DNA from: Octopus sinensis | Taxonomy: Eukaryota | DNA length: 64,000 bases | Direction of reading: 5' to 3' | NCBI RefSeq assembly: GCF_006345805.1 | Contig: NC_043001.1 | Span: 66,030,001 to 66,094,000, forward strand | Part shown: piece by piece, positions 40,534 to 53,518 of the stretch | Layout of the letters: the number at the start of each line of letters is the position of its first letter | Position numbering within the stretch: position 1 is the stretch's first letter | Made by a program: the position numbers and the translations under genes | Notes under the pieces: generated by a model | What the model saw: only the letters and a program-made list of their open reading frames with translations | Database searches by the model: none | Told to the model about the DNA's origin: nothing

Positions 40534-40769
40534 TGCATTATTTAATAGACACAATACCTGTTTTATGTGCTATTAGCAGTTTCATGTATTGAGAAATACC
40601 TCAAACATATTCATCAGGCAGAAACCCACAAAAATTTGAATGAGAGAAGAAACGCGATAAGTTGAGAAGGAAGCATATTGTAAACGTGAAAGGTTAAAAG
40701 CGGAAAACAGAAAACGAAAAGGTAGAAAAAGTAAAAAAAGTTAGCATCAAAGAGGAAAAGGATCCCATC

Positions 40770-40969
40770 AACTTTAAACGGAGTCTGGATAGATTTCTTC
40801 AAGGAATACCGGATAAGCCACCCATAATTGGATACAACTCACCCAACAAGAACTCACTACTTGAATGGACCATAAACAAAACTTGGCTTAAACAGGATTT
40901 AGATAATCCTATCAGGTGGTGCTATTAAGTTAGACATGGTTGGACCAATCATTGGTCGAAACATATCTA

Positions 40970-40978
<9 letters not shown>
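40770..40978 (+). mobile_element. LINE 3' end (CR1-group-like C-terminus and 3' stem-loop); short tail-only copy at about 36903-36955
   Basis: FKRSLDRFLQGIPDKP...NSLLEW, then GACCAA(TCA)TTGGTC stem-loop and (TA)n. Confidence 0.6.
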
Positions 40979-41034
<56 letters not shown>

Positions 41035-41924
41035 GGTATTTTGCAATTCTTCAAAATATATTTGAGTGGATTTGGTAGTTCAAGAGTTCAAAAATTGATG
41101 GAAGGGGCAGGTTCTAAGAATAGGGGGGTGACAGAGTGCAAGTCGTATGTATGGTGATGCGTTGTTGTTTGCTTTTGCCAATGAGATTGAGTGCCTATGT
41201 GTGTGTATGTATATAACTGCATTCGTGTCTATGCGTGTGTATATGTGTGCGTGATTGTTTGTGTGGGGGGATAAATGCCAAATACATCTAGTGGTTAAGT
41301 TACAGGTTTGTGTCTGTGTGTTTGATTGTGCTTATGATAGAGAGAGAGAGGGGGGAGGTAGAGAGACAAAGGTAGAACATACCCCAACGAATTTGGTAGT
41401 AGGCCTTCAAGTAACGGAGTATAAAAAATTTTTTGTCTATGGTGTTGTTGTAGATGTGGAACCAAATTATTAAATTCAATGAGGTTATCTATATTAATCA
41501 TCATTCATATGAATGGAAGGTGTGTTTCTGCCAGTGCATGCACCTACAGGATTTTTCTACCATTGTGTTTACTAAAGGGAATTTGGCGAAAAGTATATAG
41601 ACAAGCTCGGAATTACAGACGGCACAATATTTTCTGCCCTTATCAAAAGGAAAGGATACAGACAATATGGACCATTCCAGCTTGAAAGTTGGAATTATTA
41701 TTTAATGATTATTTAAATTCCACTATTATTTCTCTTTTCATAATTTTCTCTTTCCTCTGTTAATACTTTATCTAATAAGAATAATCAAATACACCTAATA
41801 ATAATAATAATTGATTCCTTTGTATGCATATATATGTATAGATATGTATTTATGTATATTTATGTATATGTATGTATATGTAATAGTGTGTATATGTGTT
41901 TGTATTTATATTTATAACTTAACT

Positions 41925-44765
41925 TTATGAACTTTCTAAACTCTCTGACGAAGCCCAGAGGCACAACCGAGTCCCTTTCCTTTTCAAGTGATACTTGAAG
42001 AAATTGATGAGAGATTGACTAGAAAGGAAAGTGTTTGTCTCCAATCGTTTCAGACGCGTCCACCAGATACATTCTTTCGCCATAGCCACAAGAATGGTGA
42101 AAATAGCTCTTCCTTCCCGTTTGAAGGAAGGAGGCGTGACAATATTAACGATAGACTCGGCTGATAAACCGACTCGTCCCACACGTGACAGCAGTTGTTC
42201 GACATAAGCCCACAGGTCGGAAATTGTTGGACACTGCACGAGTGCGTGCAGAACGGTTTCGTCTCTCTGACCGCATCTTGGGCAGGTCGGCCCCGTGTTT
42301 CTCGAGCCGTGTCTGTAGAGCTTATCCCGAACGGGTAGCGCTTCTCTGTAGCACTGCCAGGCCAGGGATCTCTGGAAGTTGTCCATGGGTCCTGGCCCGA
42401 AAGTCGTCCTGAACAGGCGGGTCAGGTATTCCTCGTCGACGTTCAGGTTCGCCCCGAGCTCGTCGTCGTACCTCCCCTCCACTAATCCCCTATAGAATGA
42501 TTTGGTTGTGTTGAAGTCGCTCAAGGTCGACCCGGGACGGCATAGTTGCTTGAGAGCAACGCGACACTCGCGGTGCCATTCGCCCTTCCTCGGCCTCTTT
42601 TTGATCCACGACTGCAGTTCGTTCATGGAGACGAGTTGCGGGAAAGCGTGCCTCACAAACGGCGACCACACCTGTTCACCGTTGTCTACGTATGTCGCAG
42701 AGATGTCGCAGTCTCAGCGCGTATGTGCGCATCATCAACCACGGCATGTCCAGTTCTCCTTTTAACGGGTGTTGACAGCAAATGGATCGCCTGACCATCG
42801 GGACGCATCCTTTCCACAAGAAGCGGAAGAGAATGCGTTCTAGTTTGGTGATGGTAGGGTCGTGACAAGGCACGGCGGTCAAGCGATAGTAGATGACGGA
42901 CGCGATATACGTATTCGCCACCTCCGCCCGACATTTTAGGGACAGTTTCCTCTCGGCCCATTGCCGGGAGAGAGTGACCACTCTACTCATTATCTCGTTC
43001 CAGTTCTTTTCCATTTGGATGTCCGGACCAAACCAGACTCGACCGGACCGTCGGTCCAGCGTCCCACGACAAAGACGCTGGTAGATGACATGGCTTCTCC
43101 AGGTGCCGAGCCGCAAGTCCACTGACTTTTCCCGGTTGATTTTCGCTCTTGTCACCGCTTTGTAGTCTTTCAGTGTCTCGTCGACCAGCTCGATGTGCTC
43201 GTGGCTAGACACTATGGCGGTGATGTCGTCTGCGTATGCAGACACGCTCATCCCGCATCTCAATTCTCGCGGGATGCCCCTCAGAGTTGCCAGCTTCTGC
43301 AATAATGGCTCGAGAGTCAATACGTAGAGAAGCGACGAGGGGGGGCATCCCTGATGGACCAAACGTGCAATTTCGAAAGGTCTCGATAGATGTCCATTTA
43401 CGCGAATTACCGAACGGATACCTCTGTACAAAGCGGCTATCCAGCTGCGGAATACGGGACCGAAACCAGCCGCTCTGAGGACAGCCTCCAAGTATCGATG
43501 GTCTACCCTATCGAAAGCTTTCGATTGATCCAAATTGGAAGTTGTCATGGATGCCCCGGCCCGGACGGCGCACGTTTACGCCTTGTCGACCAGTTTCTCG
43601 ATGACAAGCGCCAACCTCTTGGCTAACACCTTAGCCAAAATTTTCAAGTCTGCATTAAGCAGGGGAATGGGCCTAAAGTTATCTATTTCGTCCCCCTTGT
43701 TTAGATCTTTCTTCAGAAGTGTTACAGCTCCTCGGCTCACAAAACCAGGAATGCTCCCGTTTTGCTGCCAGTTGCAGTACACCGCTGCCAAGACGTCTCC
43801 AAACAAGTCTGGTATACAACTGTAAAGCTCGTAGGGTAGACCATCCAAACCCGGCGATTCTGCCATCGCTTCCCGCACTTCCGCCGCCGTGATGGCACCT
43901 TCGCGGCGCCCTGCCTCTCTTGCCGAGAGTCGTGGCAAGCTGTGTAGGTAGGCACTGAAGTCCACCCTACGTTCTTGTCCGCCACTCGTCCCGAACAGTC
44001 GGACAAAATGCTGTTGAAAGGCCTCACACATGTTACTTAGCTCGAGTAATTTGCGCCCCTGTTCATCTACCAGAGACCGAATAGTGGCTTTGTTGCCCTG
44101 TTGCGCCTCTGCCACCCGGGTCTCTCGTGCGGCTACAGCACCTTCTTTCCTTAGAGCACGCATCCTAGCTCTGACAACACACCCTTTGTGTTTGGCGTTG
44201 AAGTATTGGTCCAGGGCCAATCTCGCCGCCAAAACATCGAATGCGGTGCCGCTTCTAATTGCCTCTTCTAGCTTCTTAACAAGCTCACCCTCTACTCTGT
44301 TTCTATCTAAGGTAGTGCTTTGCTATACCTAATCGCAAATCGCTTCTGCTATTATTGCTCTCTTGAGGGTAAGCCACCATTTGTTGTTGATGATGGCTCC
44401 CGTCAAAGCCTTCTTTACTAGTGTGCTAATCCGGTCTCTGAAAACCTGTCTCGATGGGAAAGACGCGTTTAGTTTACAGTATCCGGGACCCTGCCTATGT
44501 GTCTTACCTAAGTCTAGCGTACATGTCACAAGTTTGTGATCCGTGTAGCTGACTATGTGGAATTGTGGACATCCTACGCTATCTCTATCTACTGTCCTAC
44601 ACAGTATCCTATCTAGATACGATCTCGACGACCCGATACGGTTGCTCCATGTCCACGTTGGCGCATTCGGGTGGTCGAGTCGGTACCTGTCAGACAGTTG
44701 AAAGCGTCTGAGCAGGTCTCTGAGGTATTTGCATCCCTGTCTATTCCTATCTCTGCCCACGTAGT
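41925..44765 (-). mobile_element. L1/Tx1-type LINE ORF2 (partial APE endonuclease, RT, zinc region), frameshifted
   Basis: SYLDRI, YTDHKLV, SPGLDGLP, NFRPIPLLNADLKI, DQSKAFDRVDH, AYADDI, CPRCGQRDETVLH motifs. Confidence 0.92.
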
Positions 44766-44769
44766 CTAC

Positions 44770-44902
<133 letters not shown>

Positions 44903-45767
44903 GTATAATTCTCGCCTGTTGAACGCCGTGGCGCCAAACTCACTTTATATAAGAAATATTTAGAAATCATTTCAAAATGTTTGAAATATCTCCTAATAGT
45001 CTAACAAGGTCTGTTAACTTTGCATTTTGCGTAACTAGAGGTTTTTAATATTTTCCTCATACATTTTCCCCTTCTTTATATTTTAGTACCTTATTTTCTA
45101 TGCTAATTATGGAAGACCTACCCCTACCGACACCGTTCTTAAGCACTAAATATAAGATAAAAGAACTCTATTTCTTCACATAAACATATGTATTATAAGC
45201 CAATCGTTGGATTGGACATATATGAGCGTATGTTGAATGGTTTATAGTTGTTTACTTACGTCTGTAAGATTTGTTTCTGTTCGAGGTATATTTACATATG
45301 TGTATACACACACATACACATACGTGCGTGCGTATGTGCGTGTGTGTGAGTCTGTGGCGAGGTTGAACGTATGGTTATAAATATACTCGCATAGTGTGCA
45401 AAGAATATATATCTGTTTTAATATCTCTACGTTCATAAGTACATATAAAAATAATGATAAAAAAATATTCAGTACAGTACTGTTTCTATTTCGCGATAGT
45501 CGATAGATTACTGTACATGTTTGCGCTGTGTGTATGTGTGAGCGATCTCATGCGTGCGCGCATGTGTATGTGATCCTGTATATGTACGCATAAAGGTCTA
45601 TGTGTATAATGGTATGTGTATATGCATACACATGATTATCGTTGTGTATCCACACACAGCATACATCATGGTATATTTATATTTATTTTTGTTAACAGTG
45701 GTTAACTTGTGAAATCTGTTTTTCGGTATATCTATAAATACCATTTTAATAATGCGCACGTTCTCGT

Positions 45768-45803
<36 letters not shown>

Positions 45804-46245
45804 GCGTGAATGCATGTGTGTGTTAGTGTGTGCGTCCGTGAGAGAGAGGGGGGTAGCGAGAAAAATAAAAGAGGAAAGAAAGAATAGTGTGATGCGAACT
45901 AAAAGGAGTAAAATGACAGATAGACGATACTAACACGGACAAAAAGAAAACAAGGACAGATCATTCGTGGCCTTCATCAGTTAAGTTTCCAAATTATCAT
46001 TACAATTTCAGTCTGTTACACTTGAGACTGTTCCAAATTGGCTGGCCCCAAAAATCTAAGTTAAGAGCATTAGATTTTTGGAAGAAAGCAAGCGAATGTG
46101 TTCGACAATACAGACTAAAGAACGAGAAAACGTTGAAAATGTTACACGATTACAAATACAAACAAGAGAATAGCAACAGATGCCTTTCGACTAATAACAA
46201 CGAATCAAGTTGAGCTGGCGTATGGAGTGAAAGCCTTGAGGCACA

Positions 46246-46281
<36 letters not shown>

Positions 46282-46310
46282 AGCATTGAATATATATATA
46301 TATGCATATA

Positions 46311-46346
<36 letters not shown>

Positions 46347-46378
46347 TGTATGTATGTATGTATGTATGTATGTATGTA

Positions 46379-46419
<41 letters not shown>

Positions 46420-46472
46420 ATTGGTGAATTGAAGAAATGGAGCTGAACGCAGATTGAACAGAAATCGTTTTA

Positions 46473-46561
46473 TTTCATTCTACACGTGTTTCGAAAGGCA
46501 CAAATTACCAAAATCCGATTGAATAATGGGACCATATTGTGTCTTTCTCTTCAGGAAGAAA
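46473..46561 (-). ncRNA. Mirror-image type-I hammerhead motif (left arm, minus strand)
   Basis: Reverse complement of 46736-46824. Confidence 0.8.
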
Positions 46562-46735
46562 AAAGGAAATCCGTTGGAAAAACAAAAACAGAACAGAGGC
46601 GGAGCAAAAAACAAATCGAACTGTGCTCCTAAGAGCCCATGGCGAAACTCTTCGCCATGGGCTCTTAGGAGCACAGTTCGATTTGTTTTTTGCTCCGCCT
46701 CTGTTCTGTTTTTGTTTTTCCAACGGATTTCCTTT

Positions 46736-46824
46736 TTTCTTCCTGAAGAGAAAGACACAATATGGTCCCATTATTCAATCGGATTTTGGTAATTTGTGCC
46801 TTTCGAAACACGTGTAGAATGAAA
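46736..46824 (+). ncRNA. Type-I hammerhead ribozyme motif (right arm), predicted cleavage after GUA at 46816
   Basis: Stem I TTTCTTC/GAA(T)GAAA; core CTGAAGA 46743-49; stem II GAAAGACACAA/TTGTGCCTTTC (10 of 11 bp); GAAA 46805-08; stem III AC-ACGT-GT; AATAAA at 46823. Confidence 0.8.
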
Positions 46825-47032
46825 TAAAACGATTTCTGTTCAATCTGCGTTCAGCTCCATTTCTTCAATTCACCAATAATGTTTTAATTTCAATTATCCG
46901 CACCAACGCACGGTTGCAACGCCAGATGGTTGTACCTCCAACCGTGCTGTTTACTGCTGTGATTTTTGCTACTAAGGTATCGGTTAAACTGTTGATTAAT
47001 CCACTACAAGATTATTCATCTTTCTATTTCAC

Positions 47033-47150
<118 letters not shown>

Positions 47151-47172
47151 TATATGTATGTATGTATGTATG

Positions 47173-47684
47173 TATAAGAAAAAAGAGGATTTGAAAATGC
47201 AGAGGCCTTTTAAAGATGTTCACTGACTTGACCGGTTTCACTTTTTTAAAAAAAGATTTTCAAAAGTAAAATGTAAGGCTTTGTGTAGCCTATGCTGTGT
47301 TAAAAATGGTTATCATAAATGTATTAAAATACAGTGATACAGTCTTTGACAATGATAAGAAAATGTTAAGAGGGACTTTACGTAAAGTTTTCAAAATAAA
47401 TTCATAATTATTTATAAGTTCATCAAAAATCATGATTGTATAGAAGCATATTTTACTACCTTTTTTGAAAACTTTTACGTAAAGCCCCTCTTAACATTTT
47501 CTTATCATTGTCAAAGACTGTATCACTGTATTTTAATACATTTATGATAACCATTTTTAACACAACATAGGCTACACAAAGCCTTACATTTTACTTTTGA
47601 AAATCTATTTTTAAAAAAGTGAAACCGGTCAAGTCAGTAAACATCTTTAAAAGGCCTCTGCATTTTCAAATCTTTTTTCTTATA
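47173..47684. mobile_element. Long-TIR MITE / fold-back, about 510 bp
   Basis: About 225-bp arms with few mismatches, about 60-bp spacer, TA at both ends. Confidence 0.85.
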
Positions 47685-48000
47685 TCTATTATATAAAATC
47701 CATTCTGTCTGTCTATGTGTGTGTGTCTTCTGGGATCTCGGGCATCCTCCATCCGATTGAGCTCGAATTTGATAAGTAAATACCGACGGTATCATGGCGT
47801 GTATTAGTCTTGAAAAAATGACCAAAATCGATTCCAGCTGAGAATGCGATCGATAAAGCCGTGGGAACGTGCATTTGTACGCGCAAGTACATCAGCTGTT
47901 GCGCTCGATACTACGCGTACGCGGGAAAAATGCACGTGCAGTTTGCGCCAAAAAATCATCATGCTTTTCCATCTAGATTTACCTCCACCTAACCCATTTG
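47685..48000 (+). mobile_element. Helitron-like 5' portion
   Basis: A|TCTATTATATAAAATCC...gtctgtct start, same style as the 5' end at 12628; 3' end not found. Confidence 0.5.
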
Positions 48001-48580
48001 CATGCATTGTTTTTGTCCTGCTTTTCTTCCGTCAACCTGTACATAACTGCACCTTCCATTTTTTGTTGTTTTTGTACTGCTTAAAGGCACGTTTCTTTCT
48101 TGCCAAGCTTACTGTTTAAACCATGTTTGTATTCTCCCAGTTAACAGCCTTATCATTACTGGTACGTTAAACTCTTTGGTTTCATATTTGTGTGAATAAA
48201 ATCGTTTTTCTTTGGAATAGAAAAGTCTATCTTTATTTCTTCTTTTGCTGGTGTCTCAAATTTAGGTTAAATCAGTGATTCTCAAAGCGGAGGTATATGG
48301 GACATTTTGAGAAAATTTTATTTAACTGTTTGACAACTCAGCACCGTCCATTGGACGGGGGGCGTTTTGCTCGTATATATACATGTGTGTGTGTGTGTAT
48401 TTAATGCTCTTATATATATATATTTATATATGTGTGTGTGTGTGTGTGTGCGTGTGTGTATTAGAGGTTAAACAACCATGCTTACTATTGCATGGCAGTA
48501 TCGCAATTTAATAATAGGTATGAGTGGGGTTAAAAAAATATTTACCCAGAATTTTTAAGGCAAATAAGAAAATGAAGAGT

Positions 48581-48855
48581 ATAATCAATCGACAAACATC
48601 AGCCTGTAAACATTCATTTGGATCTATTTATTAATTAATTACAATCATATGTATAAGTAATCAAAATAAACAAATAAAATAGACAAATAAACAAATAAAT
48701 AGATAAATAAAAATAAATAAATGAATAAGAATCTTATTTACTTGTTTATTCGTTTATTTTATTTGTTTATTTTGATTACTTATACATATGATTGTAATTA
48801 ATTAATAAATAGATCCAAATGAATGTTTACAGGCTGATGGTTGTCGATTGATTAT
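48581..48855. mobile_element. AT-rich fold-back MITE, 275 bp
   Basis: ataatcaatcgac...gattacttatacatatg arms nearly perfect over about 95 bp; (AAAT)-like centre. Confidence 0.8.
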
Positions 48856-48879
48856 CCTTCCCATTTTCTTATTTGCCCG

Positions 48880-48911
<32 letters not shown>

Positions 48912-49029
48912 ATTTAATGCTCTTATACATACATACATACATACATACATACATACATACATACATACATACATACATACATACATACATACATACATAC
49001 ATACATACATACTACATGCATATATATAT

Positions 49030-49218
49030 ATGGCGAATTCACAAAAAACAAAAGACAAAGACAGGTGATGTAGACAACAAACAGATGTATTAGTTTAACG
49101 CTCGGGAAGTGAAACGGTCTTTAACGTTTCGAGCCTACGCTCTTCCACAGAAAGGAACACAGAAAGAAACAAGGAGAGAAAATAAAGAATGTGTAGTGGC
49201 TAGCGACCCATCATGGCG

Positions 49219-49220
<2 letters not shown>
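49030..49220 (-). mobile_element. Solo PLE pseudo-LTR-like fragment with hammerhead-like motif (49118-49155, core CUGUGGA)
   Basis: ttcgccatg...CCTTT-CTGTGGA-A-GAGC(GTAG)GCTC-GAAACGTTAAAGA; similar to 34768-34970. Confidence 0.7.
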
Positions 49221-49259
<39 letters not shown>

Positions 49260-49270
49260 CATAGTACTTT

Positions 49271-49347
<77 letters not shown>

Positions 49348-49670
49348 AAAGTACTATGTTATTCTTACGGTATCCACTTCTAAGTAACACGGCTTAAAGA
49401 AAATGAAATTTAAAAACGCCGTCTAGATTATGCAGGTCTCAACTACTAGTAGCTGAGGTACCAACTTTCTACGTAACTCTGCATCCCATGCCAGCATGGA
49501 ACATAGACATTAAGTGAAACGTGAAAAGAAATTTTTCGACTCATATACATATATATATATATATATATGAATACACGTTTGTCTAACTTATCTCGTAACG
49601 AAAAAACAGGTACAGATTGTAAACAATGAAAGACCGTGTGTAGAGTACATACACACACACACACACACAG

Positions 49671-49711
<41 letters not shown>

Positions 49712-49939
49712 ACACACACACACACACACACAAACAGACAGCGAATATATCACGTTATCGTTTCACTCTTATACACACATATATACATTTAGGCATGTCA
49801 GTCGAAAAGTGTAATAGTAATACTTTAACACTCAAAGGTTTTACACTTCTGTATATGACATGGACCTACTATTCATGTAAGTGCTTCTTGATATACTGTG
49901 TTTTCTGTCTTGTCATGTTTATCACTGAGAATGTAGAGG

Positions 49940-50900
49940 TTCTTTTCATCTCCAACTCCAGAATATCAACATACAGCTGACCATGTGAGAAGCAAGGTTG
50001 AAGGAGGTTAAGTCCCACTACCTTTAGAGATTGACCTTGTGCTTTATTGTTAGACATTGCAAAGCTAAGTTTGATTGGAAACTGCAGTCTCTTGAACTCA
50101 AAGGACAGATCATTTGAGATGAGAAGTATCCTTGGAATAAATACATTTTCACACATCATGTTGCCTGTAATTATTGTTGCTTTCAACACATGGAGCATGT
50201 GTTTTAACAACCAGCTTTGTTCCATTGCAGAGTCTGAGTGCATCAAAGTTTCTTAATAGCTTTATGGAAGCACCTGTTTTCATGATCAGAATGTGTGGTG
50301 AAAATCCTGGTGGCTGAAGTAAATTGAGGAACTCCACTGGGTAATGCGTTGCCTGTTCTTGATCAGGGACAGAGTGAATTGATCTGTATGAACATTCAGG
50401 TCCTGGAAACTGAGACAACAAATTAGATTCAATTCGTCTACAGCATCATTCCTTGGTGTCGGAATTGTTCTTTCACACAGAAACTTATGACTTTTTATAG
50501 TTTGTGGCAATGTTTGGAAATACCTTGCTCTTCAGGTCTTCAAGGGAGGCAGTCACATTTCCTCGCGTGAGGTGGTAAGACTATCTGCTGGACCTTGTGG
50601 AAGTTTTCCATTTCCAATGTCAAGTAACTTGTTGGAGAACTGTGCGGCTAACGGGTCACCATGAATGTGGACCCTCGTGTTGGTCGTCAGAGTAAGCTAC
50701 TTGACATGTTGCCAGATATATGAGGACTTGATGCAAGCTCTCAGCTCATCTGCACTTATTTCTCTGAGAATAACAGGCAGGGTTTGGCTGAAGTCACCAG
50801 CCATGAGGGTGACACCACCCATGATCATATTGTTTCTGAAGTCTTGTAGTATTGTATCAAGTGTTTCATTAGTTCGTTGCTTGGCATGCTACCCTTTCTG
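49940..50900 (-). pseudogene. Helitron RepHel PIF1-family helicase relic
   Basis: LAGDFSQTLPVI-like, HYPVEFLNLLQPPG, LLRNFDALRLCNGTKL, LQFPIKLSFAMSNNKAQGQSL, CFSHGQLYV motifs. Confidence 0.9.
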
Positions 50901-52281
50901 TAGCTATCTCTCTTTCTCTGGATAGGGACATTCTTTTGGCTGACCTTGATATTGTAGACAAATTGGCATAACTACAGATTTCTCCCCACCACCGCGACTT
51001 TGGATGATCATACCTTTCAGAAAAATGGATATCTTTTCATGAAATTTTCTACGCATATGTGTTATATCATGTAAATTCAGAATATACAAAATCGTTTGAG
51101 GAAAAGTGTTTTAGGAGGGGTGGATAGGGAATTTTAGGAAATTCACCGGAGTCCACTCAATTCGTCATTCAAGAAAGTGGATAATTTTTAATGAAATTCT
51201 CAACAAATATACCTATATAGATTCCGAGGACATATGAATTGGGGGGGGGGAACAATTGGGGGTTATTTTTGAGAACTGTTCCCCACTCGAGGGTGTTTCG
51301 GAACAAGTCGTCTATATTTGTTTCATTTTCTCCATTTTGTGCGTTTGTGCATCCGTATATTTCTACCTCTCTCTCTTTCTCTCTCTCTATCACGCACACA
51401 GACACACATATGTAATTAAAAAAGTTCAAACGGGGACTTATTCCATTCAATATTATGTTTATTATAGAGATTATGTAACAAATCATATTTCTATATTTAA
51501 CTGTGCGTGTATATTCCTTATTTTTTACTTCTGGTGTCTTCTGCCTTTCTATTAGAAACGTTTACCTGGGAATTTACTTAAAGTGAAAAAAAGTCGTATG
51601 CAACAAGTAGGTCATCTTAACATATTTCTGTGTACCAGACCGTTAGATGTTATTTTTAGCATAACGAGTTTTCTGGTGTTGGCTTCATTTGCCTTCATTG
51701 CCTGTTTGTTGCTTCAGTAGGAATCACAAACGAATAAATCGGAGAAAATGAAGCAAATATAGACGACTTGTTCCGAAACACCCCTAGCGGGGAGCAGTTA
51801 TCAAAGTTAAACCCCCAATTGTTCCCCCACCCCAACTTCATATGCCCTCGGAATCTACATAGGCCGAGGTATATTTGTTGAGAATTTCATTTAAAAATAT
51901 CCATTTTTCTGAAAGTTATGATCATCCAAAATCGGGGGTGGGGGCAAAAATCTGTAGCTACGCCGACAAATTTGACACTTTCCTTCTAGGCATGGTTATA
52001 TATGTATACAGAAATACAAGACCACAGAAGATAGTAAACAATGAAAATAACTTGGTAACGGAAATTATGCTTCTTTATAACATGGGCAACGAATAAATAA
52101 GAAATTTTAACGGAAAATAAAGTATTGTACGGGTTGAAGCGAAATTTATCACTCCGTGAACCAAAGAGCCAGTATCAAATGAACCAGAAAGAAACCATCA
52201 ACAACAGAAAAACATAAAACCGTATGGATCGAAGTGAAATTTATGAAGATACTTCTATCAGTAAATTATGAAATAACTTAC

Positions 52282-52418
52282 ATCAGTAACTGTGAAGTTC
52301 TTTCTGTCAGTAATTTGTCTATGTTTGTAAATAGCGATTGAAAACTTAAACTTACAGAGAAAACAATAGCATGGAAGTTAAGCAATGGCGTGAAAATTGA
52401 AAGTGAAAAGAAAAGCGT
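52282..52418 (-). other. Candidate host exon (137 nt)
   Basis: Strong acceptor tttactttcgttcttcag| and donor GAT|gtaagt; open in phase 0 (TLFFSLSIFTPLL...TSQLL). Confidence 0.3.
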
Positions 52419-52766
52419 CTGAAGAACGAAAGTAAAAACAAATATAGATAGAAAACGAAATATAGAAAGTTGTAGATAGAGAGAGAGAATGGATAGAGAG
52501 ATATACACAAGGAGATATGTTACGGCACTGACGCTAGAAAAGTAAATATCTAAAAACTTTTCAAAGACGTGAATGTAATACATAAAGCAATATTATAATT
52601 TTTTTAATAATTTTTAATTAAAAAATTGTCGGAGGTCAAATTATTCATGCATCACAAATATGAAAGCAATTGCTGAGGCCGTTTTTGCGTGAAATGTGAA
52701 TACGCACACATCTCTATTTTATATATTATTAGATATACAGATACATGTGTATGTACATATATGTGC

Positions 52767-52800
<34 letters not shown>

Positions 52801-52814
52801 ATATGATGTATATA

Positions 52815-52906
<92 letters not shown>

Positions 52907-53050
52907 TGTGTGTGTGTGTTACTTAATAGTGGATACCGTAAGAATAACATAATATCCTGGTATTCATCTTGAAAAAGCCTCTCGTATAGATGTAGTGCTA
53001 CATCTATACATATATATATATATGATGTATGTATATATGATGTATATATG

Positions 53051-53102
<52 letters not shown>

Positions 53103-53252
53103 ATGTATGTATATATGTATGTATGTATTATGCATGTATGTATACACAGACATTCATATATAACTAATGATTCACTTTCACATATTCGCTATTCAAAGTT
53201 TCTTCCCACACATTATTGTTCACGCAACTCTAGAGTGATAAATAGTAAATAC

Positions 53253-53518
53253 CTGTCGTATCCACCTATTACTAGCCACCGATTGAAAGTCGCATAATGC
53301 TCTGGAGTACACTGTTGCTATGAAGAGGTTTCTAGATATGACTTGATGTTGGAGAACAGCTATAATATGGAGGGGAGGGAAGGGCACAGCAGCTGTGTGG
53401 CCTATGACATAAGAAACTACTCTATTTAGATTTATATTTCGAGTAAGAAACAGTTCCTTTGACGACAGAATGACATCTCGGATATTCTGTTCAACGAACT
53501 TCATATTTGTGTGAAGAT
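53253..53518 (-). other. Candidate host exon (266 nt)
   Basis: Acceptor gaatttcag| and donor CAG|gtattt; one open frame (DLHTNMKF...NRWIRQ), phase-compatible with 52282-52418; product unrecognised. Confidence 0.33.

Larger units (their letters stand above)
46411..46886. repeat. 476-bp palindrome: 236-bp arms, loop ACTC (46647-46650)
   Basis: Positions pair as p and 93297-p; the forward and reverse ORF translations are identical except at the loop; left end abuts (TA)n. Confidence 0.95.

Noticed and set aside
40925-40975. GACCAA/TTGGTC-GAAAC stem (also about 36905-36950) resembling a hammerhead
   Set aside because: No CUGANGA core; it directly follows a LINE C-terminus, so it is better explained as a LINE 3' stem-loop.
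46022-46213. 63-aa plus-strand ORF after an acceptor-like site
   Set aside because: No recognisable motif, and its length is within chance expectation.
46480-46817. Four 88-92 aa ORFs in the palindrome
   Set aside because: Mirror images produced by the palindrome; low complexity, no domain.
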